A stretch of 64,000 nucleotides of DNA, taken from contig CAZPQW010000004.1 in NCBI GenBank assembly GCA_964588985.1, forward strand, positions 64,001 through 128,000. Direction: 5' to 3'. Position 1 is the first letter of the stretch, and each line of letters opens with the position of its first letter. Below, in pieces: positions 50,360 to 60,498 of this stretch. A program made the translations under genes and the position numbers. The notes beneath the pieces were generated by a model that saw only the letters and a list, made by a program, of their open reading frames with translations, had not been told where the DNA came from and did not search any database. Source of the DNA: an uncultured Solirubrobacteraceae bacterium. GTDB lineage: Bacteria > Actinomycetota > Thermoleophilia > Solirubrobacterales > Solirubrobacteraceae.

Positions 50360-53300
50360 TTACTGGATCGTTCCGGTGGCTTGGCGCCACCTGATGTACT
50401 CAGCTCGTGGGCTGTATGCAGCCGGCCCGTCGGACGGACGCTGTGCGGGGGCGCTCGCGAGTCGGCCCGCCGGGTCTGTGTGTGCAGGCTCCAGGTCCGG
50501 GAGCCTGCGCGCGAGCCAGTCCGGCATCCACCATATGCGCGGCCCGGTGATGCGCATGATCGCGGGGAGCAGCACAAGCCTGACGATCGTCGCGTCGAGC
50601 AGAACCGCGATCGTCAGGCCGACGCCGAACTGGCGCAGTGGGATGACGTCGGCGCCGGCGAACGCGAGGAAGACTGCGGTCATGATCGCCGCAGAGCCGG
50701 TGATCACCCCGGCGGTGTGGTGCAGGCCGTGCCGGATCGCGCCGTCGGCGTCGCCCTCTGCGACCCAATGCTCGCGCATGCGTGTCAGCAGGAACACCTC
50801 GTAGTCGATCGAGAGCACGAACATGATCGAGAGGATGCCCGCGCCGGAGGCAGCGTCGATGTAGCCGGGCCCGCCGAGCACGTGCTTCTCGGTGAGCAGC
50901 TCCAGGGCTCCGAGCGCGACCGCGATCGTGGCGAGGTTCAGGGCGACGGCGATGAGCGGCAGCAGCAGCGCCCGCAGCACCACGATCAGCGTGAGCACCG
51001 CGACGATCGCAAGCGCGAGGATCAGCCAGGGGAAGCGGGCCGTGTTGGTGTTCGTGTAGTCGAGCAGGTATTGCGCGCCCTGGCCGATCTCGACCGTGCT
51101 TCCGGTCGCCGCAGCAAGCGATGGCAGCGCGCGCCTGAGCCTTCCGCTGAGCGCAGCGGTGGCGGGTGAGTCGGGTGGGCTGGAGGCGATCACCATCATG
51201 CGGGCGGCCTGGCCGCCCCCGTCGACGTTGACGAGCTGCGCGACCTGTTCGCGTGTCGGTGAGACGGTGCCGTCGAGCGCGGTGAGCACGAGGTAGCCGG
51301 AGTCGAGCGCATGAGGGGAGTCGGTGTGAAGCAGCCGGCTGTCCCGCTGGTAGCCGTGCAGCATCGTCGCGTAGCTCCGCAACGGCTTTTGGGTGGCGCC
51401 GAGCCCGGCGGCGAGCGCTCCCGTGCGGCTGTTGCCGGCGGCAAGCCCTTGCGCCAGACGTGTGTTGCCTGCGGCGAGCTTGCCGAGTCCGCCTGCGAGC
51501 TGGATGCCGCCGCTTGTGAGCTTGCCGAGTCCGCCCGTAAGCTGGGCATTGCCGCGCGTGAGCCTGGCGAGCCCGCCCGCCAGACGTGTGTTGCCTGCGG
51601 CGAGCTTGCCGAGTCCGCCTGCGAGCTGGGCGTCGCCTTTGGTGAGCGTGCCGAGCCCGGTGGTGAGCTGGTCCGCGCCGCGGCTCAGACCGGTGAGCCC
51701 GTTGCTGAGGGCGTGCCCGCCCGCGGCGAGACGGTGCAGGGCGGAGGCGAGCGCGCGGGCTCCTTCTTCGGATTCCCGCGTGCCGGTGGCGAGTCTGTCG
51801 GCGCCGGTTCGCAGCCGGTCGAGGCCGGCGGTCAATTGCGACAGCTTCGTCGGCAGGGTCGCAAGCCATTCCAGGCCCTGGCTCAGCTGCTGCTGGATCT
51901 GGGCAAGCTGTGCGGGGTCGTTCTGTTCGATCAGCTGTTCGATGGCGGCGAGGTCTGCGGCGAGAGCTGGATAGCGGGGGTCGCTACGTCCGGTGCTCAT
52001 CGCGGCGAGCTCGTGTTTGGCTTCGCCCAGCCGGTCGCGCAGCTGTTGATCGGAGGCCTGCAGCGCCGCGATCCAGCCGACCCAGGTGTGGAGCTGTTCG
52101 GCGATCAGGTCGATCGGTGCGACGAGCGCGTGCACGGTGTTGTCGAGCGTGTCCATCCCTTCCGCCAGCTGCGCCGCGCCGGTTGTCAGCTGAGCGTCGG
52201 AGGTGGCCAGGTGGTCGGCGCCCGCGGCGGCTTCGTCGAGTCCGGTCGCGAGCCCGGCCGATCCGCTCGCCGCCTGGGCGATGCCCGTCTGCAGCTGCGT
52301 TGCACCTGCGCCGGCGCGGCCAGTTGCGCTGCCGAGTCGCGTTGCGCCCGCGCGCGCCCGGCGTGTTTCGCCGGCCAATCGCGACGCACCTGCGTGCGCG
52401 CGGCGCGCCCCGTTCGTCAATCGCTCGGCGCCATCCCTGGCCCTGCCAGTTTGTGCCGCCAGCTGTTCGGCGCCGCCCGCGGCGCGTCCGGCGCCGCCGC
52501 CGAGCGATCTTGCGCCGGTTGTCGCCGAGGTGAGGCCGTCTCGCAGTTTCGCGACGCCGCTGCCTGCGCGGCTCAGTCCCGAGCGCAGGCTCGCGATTCC
52601 GCGTTGGGCGCCTTCCAGCTGTTTGGGCGCGGAGGCGAGCGCGGTGTGGGCGTCGGCGAGCTCGCGCTGCGCGCCGGCGACCGACGCCGGGCCGAAGACC
52701 GCCGCCACGCCTGGTTCGCGTGCGATCTGTTCCTGCCAGCGCATCAGCGCCCGCAGGCGCTCCGGGGTGGTTATCGTGCCGTGCTCGGCGCTCGCCACGA
52801 TCACGAATGGCGCCGCCCATCCCGGTCCGATCGTGTGTTCCACCATCCGCATCGCGACGCGTGCGGGACTCGAGGCGGGTAGCTCTGAGGCGTCGGGTGG
52901 GCCCATGCGCAGCGCGCCGGCGGGAGACGCGAGCGCCAGCATCCCGACGAGGATCAGCGGAACGGTGATGGCGGGGTGGGCGATCAGTCGTTCCGCGAGC
53001 GCTCCCGCTCGGTTGCCGTGCGGGGTCGTGTCAGGGCGGGCGAGCCGGATCTCCCAGCGATCGAGGTTGGGGCCGAGCAGGCGCAGCAGCGCAGGCATCG
53101 CCGTGAGCGCCAGCGCGACGCTCAAGAGGCCCGAGATGACGACTCCGATCGCCACCGGGCCGAGCAGCCCTGGCGTCGCGACACCGCTCGCCGCGAGCAT
53201 CGTCAGCGCCAGTGTGCCCCCGGCCGCGGCGATCGTGCGCCCCGCGGCGCGGGACGCGGTCGCGACCGCCGTCTCGTGATCGTGGCCGCTCGCGAGCTCC

Positions 53301-54055
53301 TGGCGCACGCGCGAGACCATCAGCAGCGCGTAGTCGACTCCGAGGGCGAGGCTCATCATCGCCGCGATCGCCACTCCCAGTGAGTTGATCGGCGTGAGGA
53401 AGCTCGCAAGCCACAGCAGCCCGCGGCCTGCCATCACGGTGGCGCCGCCCATCGCGAGAGGCACCGCGGCGGCGACCGGCGAGCGGAAGACCAGCAGCAG
53501 CACGAGGATCAGGACGGGCAGCGCGATCATCTCGGCCCGCTCGGTGTCCGCCATCGTGGCGCTCTGCAGAGCCCGCCCGATCACCGCGACGCCGGTCAGA
53601 TAACTGCTCACCGGGCGCTGCACGGCGCGGGCGATGATTGCTTCGGTGCTCGGCACCACCGCCATGGCGCGGCTCGCGGGCCGGATGTAGTTCACGAGCA
53701 CGAACGCGCTCCCGGGCTGGGGGCGAAGCGATCCGACCGTGCTCGATCGATCCCACGGCGAGAGCACCTGGACCTGCGCGATCTGTCGCAGCGCGGCCAC
53801 CAGGCGACGCCCCTGACGGTCGACTTCCGCGGGCGGTCCGCGCAGCAGGACGGCGATCGGGACGGTGTTGCCGAACTTCGCGTCCAGCATCGCTTCGGCG
53901 CGGGAGGAGGGCGTGCCGGGCACCGCCAGCGACATTGCCGTGAGCCTGCCTTCGAGTCCTTTGCCGCACAGCGCGAGCGCGGCGATCGCAACGCTCCAGG
54001 CGAGCAGGATCGACGAGGACCGCCACCTCGGCGCCGTCCCTGCTCGTCTGCTCAC
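50360..54055 (-). CDS. MMPL (RND) family transporter with long repeat insertion
   Basis: CAGGAGG RBS; LLLVFRS, LGVDYALL..RVRQE, LSIDYEVFLLTRMRE, DATIVRLVLLPA, WWMP; central G(A/N)xxLxxG repeats. Confidence 0.9.
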   Translation of the reverse strand: MSRRAGTAPRWRSSSILLAWSVAIAALALCGKGLEGRLTAMSLAVPGTPSSRAEAMLDAKFGNTVPIAVLLRGPPAEVDRQGRRLVAALRQIAQVQVLSPWDRSSTVGSLRPQPGSAFVLVNYIRPASRAMAVVPSTEAIIARAVQRPVSSYLTGVAVIGRALQSATMADTERAEMIALPVLILVLLLVFRSPVAAAVPLAMGGATVMAGRGLLWLASFLTPINSLGVAIAAMMSLALGVDYALLMVSRVRQELASGHDHETAVATASRAAGRTIAAAGGTLALTMLAASGVATPGLLGPVAIGVVISGLLSVALALTAMPALLRLLGPNLDRWEIRLARPDTTPHGNRAGALAERLIAHPAITVPLILVGMLALASPAGALRMGPPDASELPASSPARVAMRMVEHTIGPGWAAPFVIVASAEHGTITTPERLRALMRWQEQIAREPGVAAVFGPASVAGAQRELADAHTALASAPKQLEGAQRGIASLRSGLSRAGSGVAKLRDGLTSATTGARSLGGGAGRAAGGAEQLAAQTGRARDGAERLTNGARRAHAGASRLAGETRRARAGATRLGSATGRAGAGATQLQTGIAQAASGSAGLATGLDEAAAGADHLATSDAQLTTGAAQLAEGMDTLDNTVHALVAPIDLIAEQLHTWVGWIAALQASDQQLRDRLGEAKHELAAMSTGRSDPRYPALAADLAAIEQLIEQNDPAQLAQIQQQLSQGLEWLATLPTKLSQLTAGLDRLRTGADRLATGTRESEEGARALASALHRLAAGGHALSNGLTGLSRGADQLTTGLGTLTKGDAQLAGGLGKLAAGNTRLAGGLARLTRGNAQLTGGLGKLTSGGIQLAGGLGKLAAGNTRLAQGLAAGNSRTGALAAGLGATQKPLRSYATMLHGYQRDSRLLHTDSPHALDSGYLVLTALDGTVSPTREQVAQLVNVDGGGQAARMMVIASSPPDSPATAALSGRLRRALPSLAAATGSTVEIGQGAQYLLDYTNTNTARFPWLILALAIVAVLTLIVVLRALLLPLIAVALNLATIAVALGALELLTEKHVLGGPGYIDAASGAGILSIMFVLSIDYEVFLLTRMREHWVAEGDADGAIRHGLHHTAGVITGSAAIMTAVFLAFAGADVIPLRQFGVGLTIAVLLDATIVRLVLLPAIMRITGPRIWWMPDWLARRLPDLEPAHTDPAGRLASAPAQRPSDGPAAYSPRAEYIRWRQATGTIQ
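51452..51629. repeat. 52-bp exact direct repeat inside MMPL repeat region
   Basis: CGCCAGACGTGTGTTGCC...GCCTGCGAGCTGG at 51452-51503 and 51578-51629, 126-bp offset. Confidence 0.8.
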
Positions 54056-54123
54056 GGCTGCCTCCTGAATCGATCGTGGAAGAGCTAACCTATCGGTCCC
54101 AATACAATGAACCATAAATCATA

Positions 54124-54149
54124 GTTACATTGATTTGTGTTACATTGAT
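54124..54149. promoter_or_regulatory. AT-rich direct-repeat operator between divergent MMPL and MerR genes
   Basis: GTTACATTGAT at 54124-54134 and 54139-54149. Confidence 0.6.
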
Positions 54150-54168
54150 CACAGATATGCTTCGGGAG

Positions 54169-54918
54169 ATGGCGGGAGCGCGCACCGAGCAGCGGCTGAC
54201 GATCGACGAGCTCGCACAGGCAGCCGGGCTGACCGTGCGCAACGTCCGCAACTATCAGTCGCGCGGGCTGATACCGCCGCCGGAGGTGCAGGGGAGAGTC
54301 GGCTACTACAGCACCGAGCACACCGCGCGGCTGGCGCTGATCCGCGAGATGCAGGCCCAGGGCTTCAACCTCACCGCGATCGCCCACATGCTCGAGCAGG
54401 CATCCGGCGCCAGCGAGGAGGTCCTTGGCTTCACCCGCTCGCTGATGACCCCTTTCGAGACCGAGGCGCCCGAGATCATCCGGCGGGCCGAGCTGCTGGA
54501 GCGACTCGGCGGCGCCATCGACGCAAAGCTCCTCGCCAAGGCCCAACAGCTCGGCCTGGTGACAGCGATTGCAGAGGACAGCTTCGAAGTACCCAGCCCG
54601 ACCCTGCTGGCCGCCGGCGAGCGACTGGTGGCCCTGGGCGTTCCCCTCGACGCCGCGCTCGACATGATGGACAAGCTCAGACGCGACACCCAGCACATCG
54701 CGCAGACGTTCGTGCGGATCTTCCTGGAGCACATCTGGAAACCGTTCGACGACGCCGGTCGGCCGGAGTCCGACTGGCCCAAGGTGCGCTCGGCCCTCGA
54801 TCAGCTGCGGCCGCTCGCCTCCGAGGCTCTCACCGCTGCCTTTCAGCCCACGATGACGAAGGCGGTCGAAGTGGCCTTCGGCAAGCAGGTCGATCACGCA
54901 CGCGCACGCAAGTCATGA
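54169..54918 (+). CDS. MerR-family regulator
   Basis: LTIDELAQAAGLTVRNVRNYQSRGLIPPP..GYY; TATGCT 7 nt before ATG. Confidence 0.88.
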   Translation: MAGARTEQRLTIDELAQAAGLTVRNVRNYQSRGLIPPPEVQGRVGYYSTEHTARLALIREMQAQGFNLTAIAHMLEQASGASEEVLGFTRSLMTPFETEAPEIIRRAELLERLGGAIDAKLLAKAQQLGLVTAIAEDSFEVPSPTLLAAGERLVALGVPLDAALDMMDKLRRDTQHIAQTFVRIFLEHIWKPFDDAGRPESDWPKVRSALDQLRPLASEALTAAFQPTMTKAVEVAFGKQVDHARARKS

Positions 54919-54925
54919 TCGTGCG

Positions 54926-56350
54926 GTGACCCAGAGCACAGAGCACCTGATGGCCGGCCAACTGGGCACGGTGGACGTGACTGCCTCGACGGTCGCGAAC
55001 ATCGGGCCGGGGATCGACTTCTACTTCGCGTTCGGGGTGATCGCCGTGACGGCCGGTGTCGCCGCGCCGCTCACGATCCTCGCAGCGGGCGTGGCGGTGG
55101 TGTTCCTCGCGTTCACGGTGGCCGAGTTCAGCCGCATGGAGCCTTCGGCGGGGAGCTTCATCACCTACGTCGAGACGTCGCTCGGCCCGATCGCGGGAGT
55201 CCTGACGGCTCTGCTGGTGGCGGTCGGGTTCACGGTGGCGATCGCGGGGGTGTTCACCATGTCCGGGGGCATGGTGACTCTCACCCTCCAGCACTACGTC
55301 TCGTGGGCGCCGGCGTGGGAGCCTCTCAGTCTCGTCCTGACCGTCGGCGCGATCTGGCTTACCGCTCGCGGGGTGAGACTGTCGACGACGGCGGTGGGGT
55401 TGGCGGTGCTGGTGCAGGTCGCGATCATGCTCGCCGTGTGCGTCGTCGTGCTCGTCGACCGGCGCGCGGACATCTCGGCGATGCCGTTCTCGTGGTCGCA
55501 CCTGAAGGGCGGTCTCGCGGGCCTGTCCGCCGGCTTCCCGCTCGCGCTCTACATGTTCATCGGCTGGGAAAACGGGCCGGCGCTCGCGGAGGAGGCCCGC
55601 GATCCGAAGAGGACGATCCCCAGGGCTCTGTATCTGTCGGTGGCGATCGGCACCGCCCTGTTCGTGTTCTTCGCGTTCGCCACCGTCACGGGCTTTCACT
55701 ACGACGTGTCATCCGTCGGACGCTCGTCGGTCCCGTTCCTGACGATGGCCGACAGGTATCTCGGCGGCGCGGCGCTGCTCGCGTGGGGCGCGGGGATAGT
55801 GTCGGTGCTCGCGACGCTCGTCGCGGCCGTTAATTCCCAGGCGCGCATGCTCTACGACGGCGGGCGCTCGGGGCTGCTGCCGGCGTGGCTCGGCCGCCTG
55901 CGCCCGACGGTCGACACGCCGGTCAACGCGCTCACGACGATGGCCATCGCGGGGCTCGGGATCGTCGCGGTGTGGTGGGCGGCGCACGCCACCGGCCTGC
56001 AGTCCGGGTCGACGAACCCCGTGGGCCTCTACGCCGAGTGCTCGACGATGGGCACGATCGTGGTCCTGTTCGTGTACCTGCTGACGACGCTCTCGCTGCC
56101 GGTGTTCATGTGGCGTCGCCACCGCGAGTCCTTCTCCGCCATCCGACACCTCGCGATGCCGGCTCTGGGCGCGCTCAGCCTGGTCGTTCCGTTCATCGAG
56201 CTGTTCAAGCCCGGACAGCCCTCTCCCTACAGCCAGTTCCCCTATCTGGCGCTCGCGATTCTCGCGGCGGTCGCGGCGGTCGCGTGGTTCACCGTGCGCC
56301 GTAACCCGTCCGCTGGCTCGAGCGAGGGAACGGCGTTCTCCGAAGCGTGA
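54926..56350 (+). CDS. APC family amino acid/amine permease
   Basis: About 12 TM segments, PSAGSFITY, FIGWE..LAEEARDPKRTIPRA. Confidence 0.9.
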   Translation: MTQSTEHLMAGQLGTVDVTASTVANIGPGIDFYFAFGVIAVTAGVAAPLTILAAGVAVVFLAFTVAEFSRMEPSAGSFITYVETSLGPIAGVLTALLVAVGFTVAIAGVFTMSGGMVTLTLQHYVSWAPAWEPLSLVLTVGAIWLTARGVRLSTTAVGLAVLVQVAIMLAVCVVVLVDRRADISAMPFSWSHLKGGLAGLSAGFPLALYMFIGWENGPALAEEARDPKRTIPRALYLSVAIGTALFVFFAFATVTGFHYDVSSVGRSSVPFLTMADRYLGGAALLAWGAGIVSVLATLVAAVNSQARMLYDGGRSGLLPAWLGRLRPTVDTPVNALTTMAIAGLGIVAVWWAAHATGLQSGSTNPVGLYAECSTMGTIVVLFVYLLTTLSLPVFMWRRHRESFSAIRHLAMPALGALSLVVPFIELFKPGQPSPYSQFPYLALAILAAVAAVAWFTVRRNPSAGSSEGTAFSEA

Positions 56351-56367
56351 GGCTTTGCGCGACGCCT

Positions 56368-57117
56368 CTACGCGCGTCGATGGTTGGCGAACAGCGTGAG
56401 CGCGAAGCGCCCGGCGGGATGCTCGCGTGCGCGTTCGACGATCGCCGCCAGCTGCGCTGGCATGACCTCGGGCTGCGGGAGCGAGACCCCGTACACGCTC
56501 GGGATGATCACCGGGGCAGACAGGGCCGCGAAGGTCAGGTCGGCGGCGCTGAAGCGCTCGCCGCATAGGTACGGGCGCCCGTCCGAGAGCAGCCCCGCGA
56601 CGTGGTCGAGCTCGCGGAAGACCGCCGCCTCGTCCTCGACCTCGACGCCCGGGACGATGCCGAGCTCGCGCTTGACGAAGTGTTGGATGACCGTCCACCC
56701 GTGGCGCAGCGCCTGGTCCTCCCAGCGCGGCACGCCCTGGTTGTTGAAGCTCAGCACGAGCTTGCGCGCGGGGAGCATGTGCACGTACATCAGCCGCCGT
56801 CCCTGCGGTCCGAACTGTTCGTCGAGGCGCTTGCAGAGCGACTGCACCTCCGCTCGCGCGCTTGGCTCCGTGGGGAACAGTCGTAGCTCGGCCGGCGTGC
56901 GCTCGTCGATCCACTCGAGGATCTCCTGGGACTCCCCGATCGCGCCGTCGTCGGTCACGAGCACGGGAACCGTCTTGCCGCCGCCGGCACGCCTCGCGGC
57001 CACCTGGTGGACCCCCTGGATGTGGCGCTCCTCGCGGTAGGGCATGTCCGCCCGCTCGAGCGCCCAGCGGGCCTTCTCGCAGTAGTGGCTGATCGGGATC
57101 GTTACGAGCCGGAGCAC
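56368..57117 (-). CDS. Glutathione S-transferase family protein
   Basis: TIPISHYCEKARWAL, TVPVL, ES, YLCGERFSAADLTFA; start revised. Confidence 0.85.
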   Translation of the reverse strand: MLRLVTIPISHYCEKARWALERADMPYREERHIQGVHQVAARRAGGGKTVPVLVTDDGAIGESQEILEWIDERTPAELRLFPTEPSARAEVQSLCKRLDEQFGPQGRRLMYVHMLPARKLVLSFNNQGVPRWEDQALRHGWTVIQHFVKRELGIVPGVEVEDEAAVFRELDHVAGLLSDGRPYLCGERFSAADLTFAALSAPVIIPSVYGVSLPQPEVMPAQLAAIVERAREHPAGRFALTLFANHRRA

Positions 57118-57152
57118 CACAGAACAGTATGGAGGGAAAGTTCGTCTGGTTG

Positions 57153-58745
57153 CTACCGGGCCGCGGCCCGCCTGCTGGTGCGCTCCAGCTCGCTGACGAG
57201 CGTGGCGATCGAGCGTTCGAGCTGCTGGATGCTCGCGGCCTCGACGCGCTCGACGCCCACCGCGCGGTTGACCCACGCGTTGATCTCGCGGTGGCCGCGT
57301 CCCTCTTTGCGATGCAGTTCGGCCACCAGGCGGCTGCGCTCCTGACGCAGGTGGTCACGGCGTTCGAAGGCCGCGACGGGGGCCGCTTCGGGCGCGGGTA
57401 GCGGCGCGGCGGTGGATGACTGCGCTCGCTGGGGCGGGCCGAACAGCGTCATCTGCGCTGCGAATTCCGCGTTCAGCGGCACGAACTCGGCGCTCGGCGA
57501 CGGCTCTGTTTCGCGCCGCTCGCGGGGCTCGTCCCAGCCCTCCTCGGGCTCGTCGCGGTGGAGCGCGTGGCGCAGCTCCGTTTCCACCTGCGAGGCGTGG
57601 GAGCTGAGCGTCTGCTCGGCGGGCAGGTACAGCCAACTCGGCTCCGGTGGCCTGTCGGGGATCGTGCGCACGAACCGCCCGACGATCTGGCGGAAGATCA
57701 GCGGCGTCTTCGCCGCGGTCGCGTAGACGCCCACGCGCAGCCTGGGGATGTCGACGCCCTCGGAGACCATGTTCACCGCGACGATCCACGGATCGCGCGA
57801 GCCGCGGAAGTCCGCGAGCTTGCGCGCGGCGTTGGCCTCGGTGTGGAGCACCACCACCGGTGCGCGCCCGGTCACCTCGCCGAGGAGCTTCGCGATCCTC
57901 CTGGCGTGGGTCGCGTCGGCCGCGACCGCGAGCCCGCCCGCGTCTCGGTGGCCCTCGGCGCGCAGTGCGGCCAGCTTCGCGTGCGCCTCTTTGAGGATCC
58001 GCGGCAGGCCGTCGGGTAGCTCGGTGGAGATCGCGGTGCGGTAGCGGCGGCTCGCCTCGCGGGCGCTCAGCACGGTCTCGAACGACGATTCGATCACGTC
58101 GTCTCCGCTGCGCCACGACAGCGTTCCGTCGAACGTCACGAACGCCACCGGGCGACAGATCCCGTCTGCGACCGCCTGGGCGTAGGTGTAGGACACGTCC
58201 GGGACGACCACGCCGTCGGCGTCGTAGCGCACGCCGGGAATGGGGGTCGCGTCGGAGCGAAACGGGGTCCCCGACAGCAGCAGCCAGCGCGGCGAGGAGG
58301 AGAACGCACGCTGGAAGCCGGTGCCCCACGCGAGATCCTCGCCCAGGTGGTGAGCCTCGTCGACCACCACGAGCGTCTCCACGGACGCCTTCGCCGCCCA
58401 GCCGGTCGGGTCGCTGGCGACGCGCGCGTAGGTGACCGACACGCCGTGGAAGTCCCGAGGCGGGTTCGGTCCGGCGGCATCGGGCTGCAGCTGCACGCCG
58501 AGGATCGCCGCCGCGGCCGCCCACTGGCGCGTGAGCGGCGTGGTCGGGCACAGCACCACCACGCGCTTGACGATCCGCCTCGCCAGCAGGTCCCTGGCGA
58601 GCTCCAGCGCGGGGCGCGTCTTGCCCGCCCCTGGGGCGGCCGAGATCAGGAACGGGCCCTCCCGCCAGTCGGCGAGCCGGTCGAGCGCGTGGCGTTGCCA
58701 CCCGCGCAGCGATGTGGGGGAGGAGCGAGTCAAAGAGCCCGGCAT
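57153..58745 (-). CDS. SF2 DEAD/DEAH-box helicase
   Basis: LRGWQ, APGAGKT, DEAHH, SGTPFR, MVSEGVDIP, QIVGRFVR. Confidence 0.9.
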   Translation of the reverse strand: MPGSLTRSSPTSLRGWQRHALDRLADWREGPFLISAAPGAGKTRPALELARDLLARRIVKRVVVLCPTTPLTRQWAAAAAILGVQLQPDAAGPNPPRDFHGVSVTYARVASDPTGWAAKASVETLVVVDEAHHLGEDLAWGTGFQRAFSSSPRWLLLSGTPFRSDATPIPGVRYDADGVVVPDVSYTYAQAVADGICRPVAFVTFDGTLSWRSGDDVIESSFETVLSAREASRRYRTAISTELPDGLPRILKEAHAKLAALRAEGHRDAGGLAVAADATHARRIAKLLGEVTGRAPVVVLHTEANAARKLADFRGSRDPWIVAVNMVSEGVDIPRLRVGVYATAAKTPLIFRQIVGRFVRTIPDRPPEPSWLYLPAEQTLSSHASQVETELRHALHRDEPEEGWDEPRERRETEPSPSAEFVPLNAEFAAQMTLFGPPQRAQSSTAAPLPAPEAAPVAAFERRDHLRQERSRLVAELHRKEGRGHREINAWVNRAVGVERVEAASIQQLERSIATLVSELERTSRRAAAR

Positions 58746-58900
58746 CCTGCGGCACGGCGCGGACGGACACTCGGCGCAGGGCGCGATGTCGCTTGGTTGA
58801 GGGCGTTTGGGCCGTGGTGGTGCAGTTGGTCGATCCGGCCCACGAAGGTCGTCGTCTGTATTGACCAGAACGACACGGTATGTTTACAACACCGGCCAGT

Positions 58901-58926
58901 GGAATTCGACGACTCGGTCCGGGGTT
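58901..58926 (+). promoter_or_regulatory. SigR/SigH-type ECF promoter
   Basis: GGAAT-N18-GTT upstream of the sigma gene. Confidence 0.45.
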
Positions 58927-58963
58927 TCATAGGCATCATTGGGGCGTGCTCCGGGGAGAATGG

Positions 58964-60397
58964 ATGGACGATCAGCAGCGACGGGTGCGGCCTGGTACGC
59001 GACCCCGTTTGCGTTTCTCCACCGACGACAGGCTGATCGGGCTCGTGCGTCACGGGGATCCGACCGCGTTCGAGATCCTCTACGAACGGCACGTACGCGA
59101 GCTTCTGTCCTTCTGTCGCTACATGCTGGGCTCGCGCCAGGACGCCGAAGACGCGGTGCAGGCGACGTTTGCGTCCGCCTACAGGGCGCTGATCGCGGAC
59201 GAGCGCGAGATCGTTCTGCGTCCGTGGCTGTTCGCGATCGCGCGAAACGCCTGCCTGAGCGTGCTGCGTCAGCGTCGTCCGCAGGGCGAGGGCGACGAGG
59301 ACGTCGCCTCACACGAGGATCCCCTCGTGCACGTGGAGCAGCGCGAGGACCTGCGAACGATGCTCGCGAACATACGCGCGCTACCCGAGCGCCAGCGTAC
59401 GGCGCTCGTGCTCTCCGAGCTGCACGGCCTGAGTCACGAGGAGATAGGAGCTTTGCTTGGGGTCCGCGCGAGCCAGGTGAAGTCCTACGTGTACCAGGCA
59501 CGATCGACCCTGATCTCCGATCGCCAGGCGCGCGGCGCGGACTGCCTGGAGATCCGCGAAGAGCTGAGCGTCGCGCGTGGCGCCGAGCTGTTGAGAAGCC
59601 GTCTTCGTCGGCATCTGAGCTCATGTGCGGATTGCCGTGCCTATGCGGACGGCCTCTCTCGCCAACGGCGTCGATTCGGCGCGCTGGCGCCTCTCGCGCC
59701 GGTGCTGGCGCTCAAGCGACGCGTGCTCGAGGCTGTGCTCGGCAAAGGCTCGGGCGCGACCGCGGGAACATCGCTCGCGGCACCCACCGCGGATCTTGCT
59801 GCCGGCGGCTTGAAGATGATCGTCGTCAAGGCGCTCACGGTTGCTGCGTGCGTTGGCGCGAGCGCCGGTATCGGAGTCGGCGCGCACCTGCTGGGCGGGA
59901 GCGCGTCAGGTGCACATCGGGGTGACGTGCGGCTCGAGCTCACCGCATCCAAGCGGAGGGCATCCGTGGGCGCATCGCCTACGCCTGTGCAGCCGGCGGC
60001 GAGCGCTCGTGCACGTGCGGAGGTCATCGACAGCCCTGTTCCTTCCGCGGGGGAGGGGCGGAGCGCTGACGGTGGGAGCGTTCAGGTCCTCCCAGCAGAG
60101 ACACCCGTAGCTGGGCAGCGAGCGAGTCAGGAATCACATGCCAGCGGCGAAGAAGCCCGCAAGGTCAAGAGTGGCGGCGAAGCACACGGCAAGAGCGAAG
60201 AAGCTCACGGGAAGGCTGAAGAACCGCACGGCAAGAGCGAAGAAGCCCCTGGGAAGTCCGAAGAAGTCCACGGCAAGAGCGAAGAACCGCATGGCAAGAG
60301 CGAAGAAGCTCACAGTCCGAGCGAAGCGGTTGCGGCCCACGGTGAAGGCGAAACCTCTCGCGGCAAGAGCGAAGAAGCGCACGGAAAGGCCAAATAG
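58964..60397 (+). CDS. ECF sigma factor fused to zinc-finger anti-sigma domain, TM helix and repeat tail
   Basis: Region 2 DAEDAVQATF..WLFAIARN, region 4 LPERQRTAL..EEIG, HLSSCADC (HxxxCxxC), hydrophobic helix, HGKSEE repeats. Confidence 0.85.
   Translation: MDDQQRRVRPGTRPRLRFSTDDRLIGLVRHGDPTAFEILYERHVRELLSFCRYMLGSRQDAEDAVQATFASAYRALIADEREIVLRPWLFAIARNACLSVLRQRRPQGEGDEDVASHEDPLVHVEQREDLRTMLANIRALPERQRTALVLSELHGLSHEEIGALLGVRASQVKSYVYQARSTLISDRQARGADCLEIREELSVARGAELLRSRLRRHLSSCADCRAYADGLSRQRRRFGALAPLAPVLALKRRVLEAVLGKGSGATAGTSLAAPTADLAAGGLKMIVVKALTVAACVGASAGIGVGAHLLGGSASGAHRGDVRLELTASKRRASVGASPTPVQPAASARARAEVIDSPVPSAGEGRSADGGSVQVLPAETPVAGQRASQESHASGEEARKVKSGGEAHGKSEEAHGKAEEPHGKSEEAPGKSEEVHGKSEEPHGKSEEAHSPSEAVAAHGEGETSRGKSEEAHGKAK
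60184..60394 (+). repeat. 21-bp/7-aa coding tandem repeat (HGKSEEA)
   Basis: CACGGCAAGAGCGAAGAAGC-type units encoding HGKSEEA/HGKAEEP/PGKSEEV. Confidence 0.85.
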
Positions 60398-60412
60398 GTC
60401 CGCGCCGGTACG

Positions 60413-60465
60413 CCAACTTGTATCCAACTCGTATCTCCGCCCAACCTCCGTGGCCAGTAGGCGTT
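60413..60465 (+). promoter_or_regulatory. 11-bp tandem repeat plus ECF-type promoter
   Basis: CCAACTTGTAT-CCAACTCGTAT, then AAC-N16-CGTT. Confidence 0.45.
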
Positions 60466-60498
60466 TCAACACGCAAAGGACTACGAAGGAGAGGGAAC

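Noticed and set aside
54136-54153. CRP-like site TGTGT...TCACA
   Set aside because: Spacer is 8 nt rather than 6; the direct repeat explains the region better.
57153-58745. Helicase as a restriction or anti-phage component
   Set aside because: No methyltransferase or nuclease partner; host-like GC; resembles a common standalone actinobacterial SF2 helicase.
60184-60394. Possible CRISPR array or non-coding repeat
   Set aside because: 21-bp in-frame coding repeats without unique spacers; no cas genes in the window.
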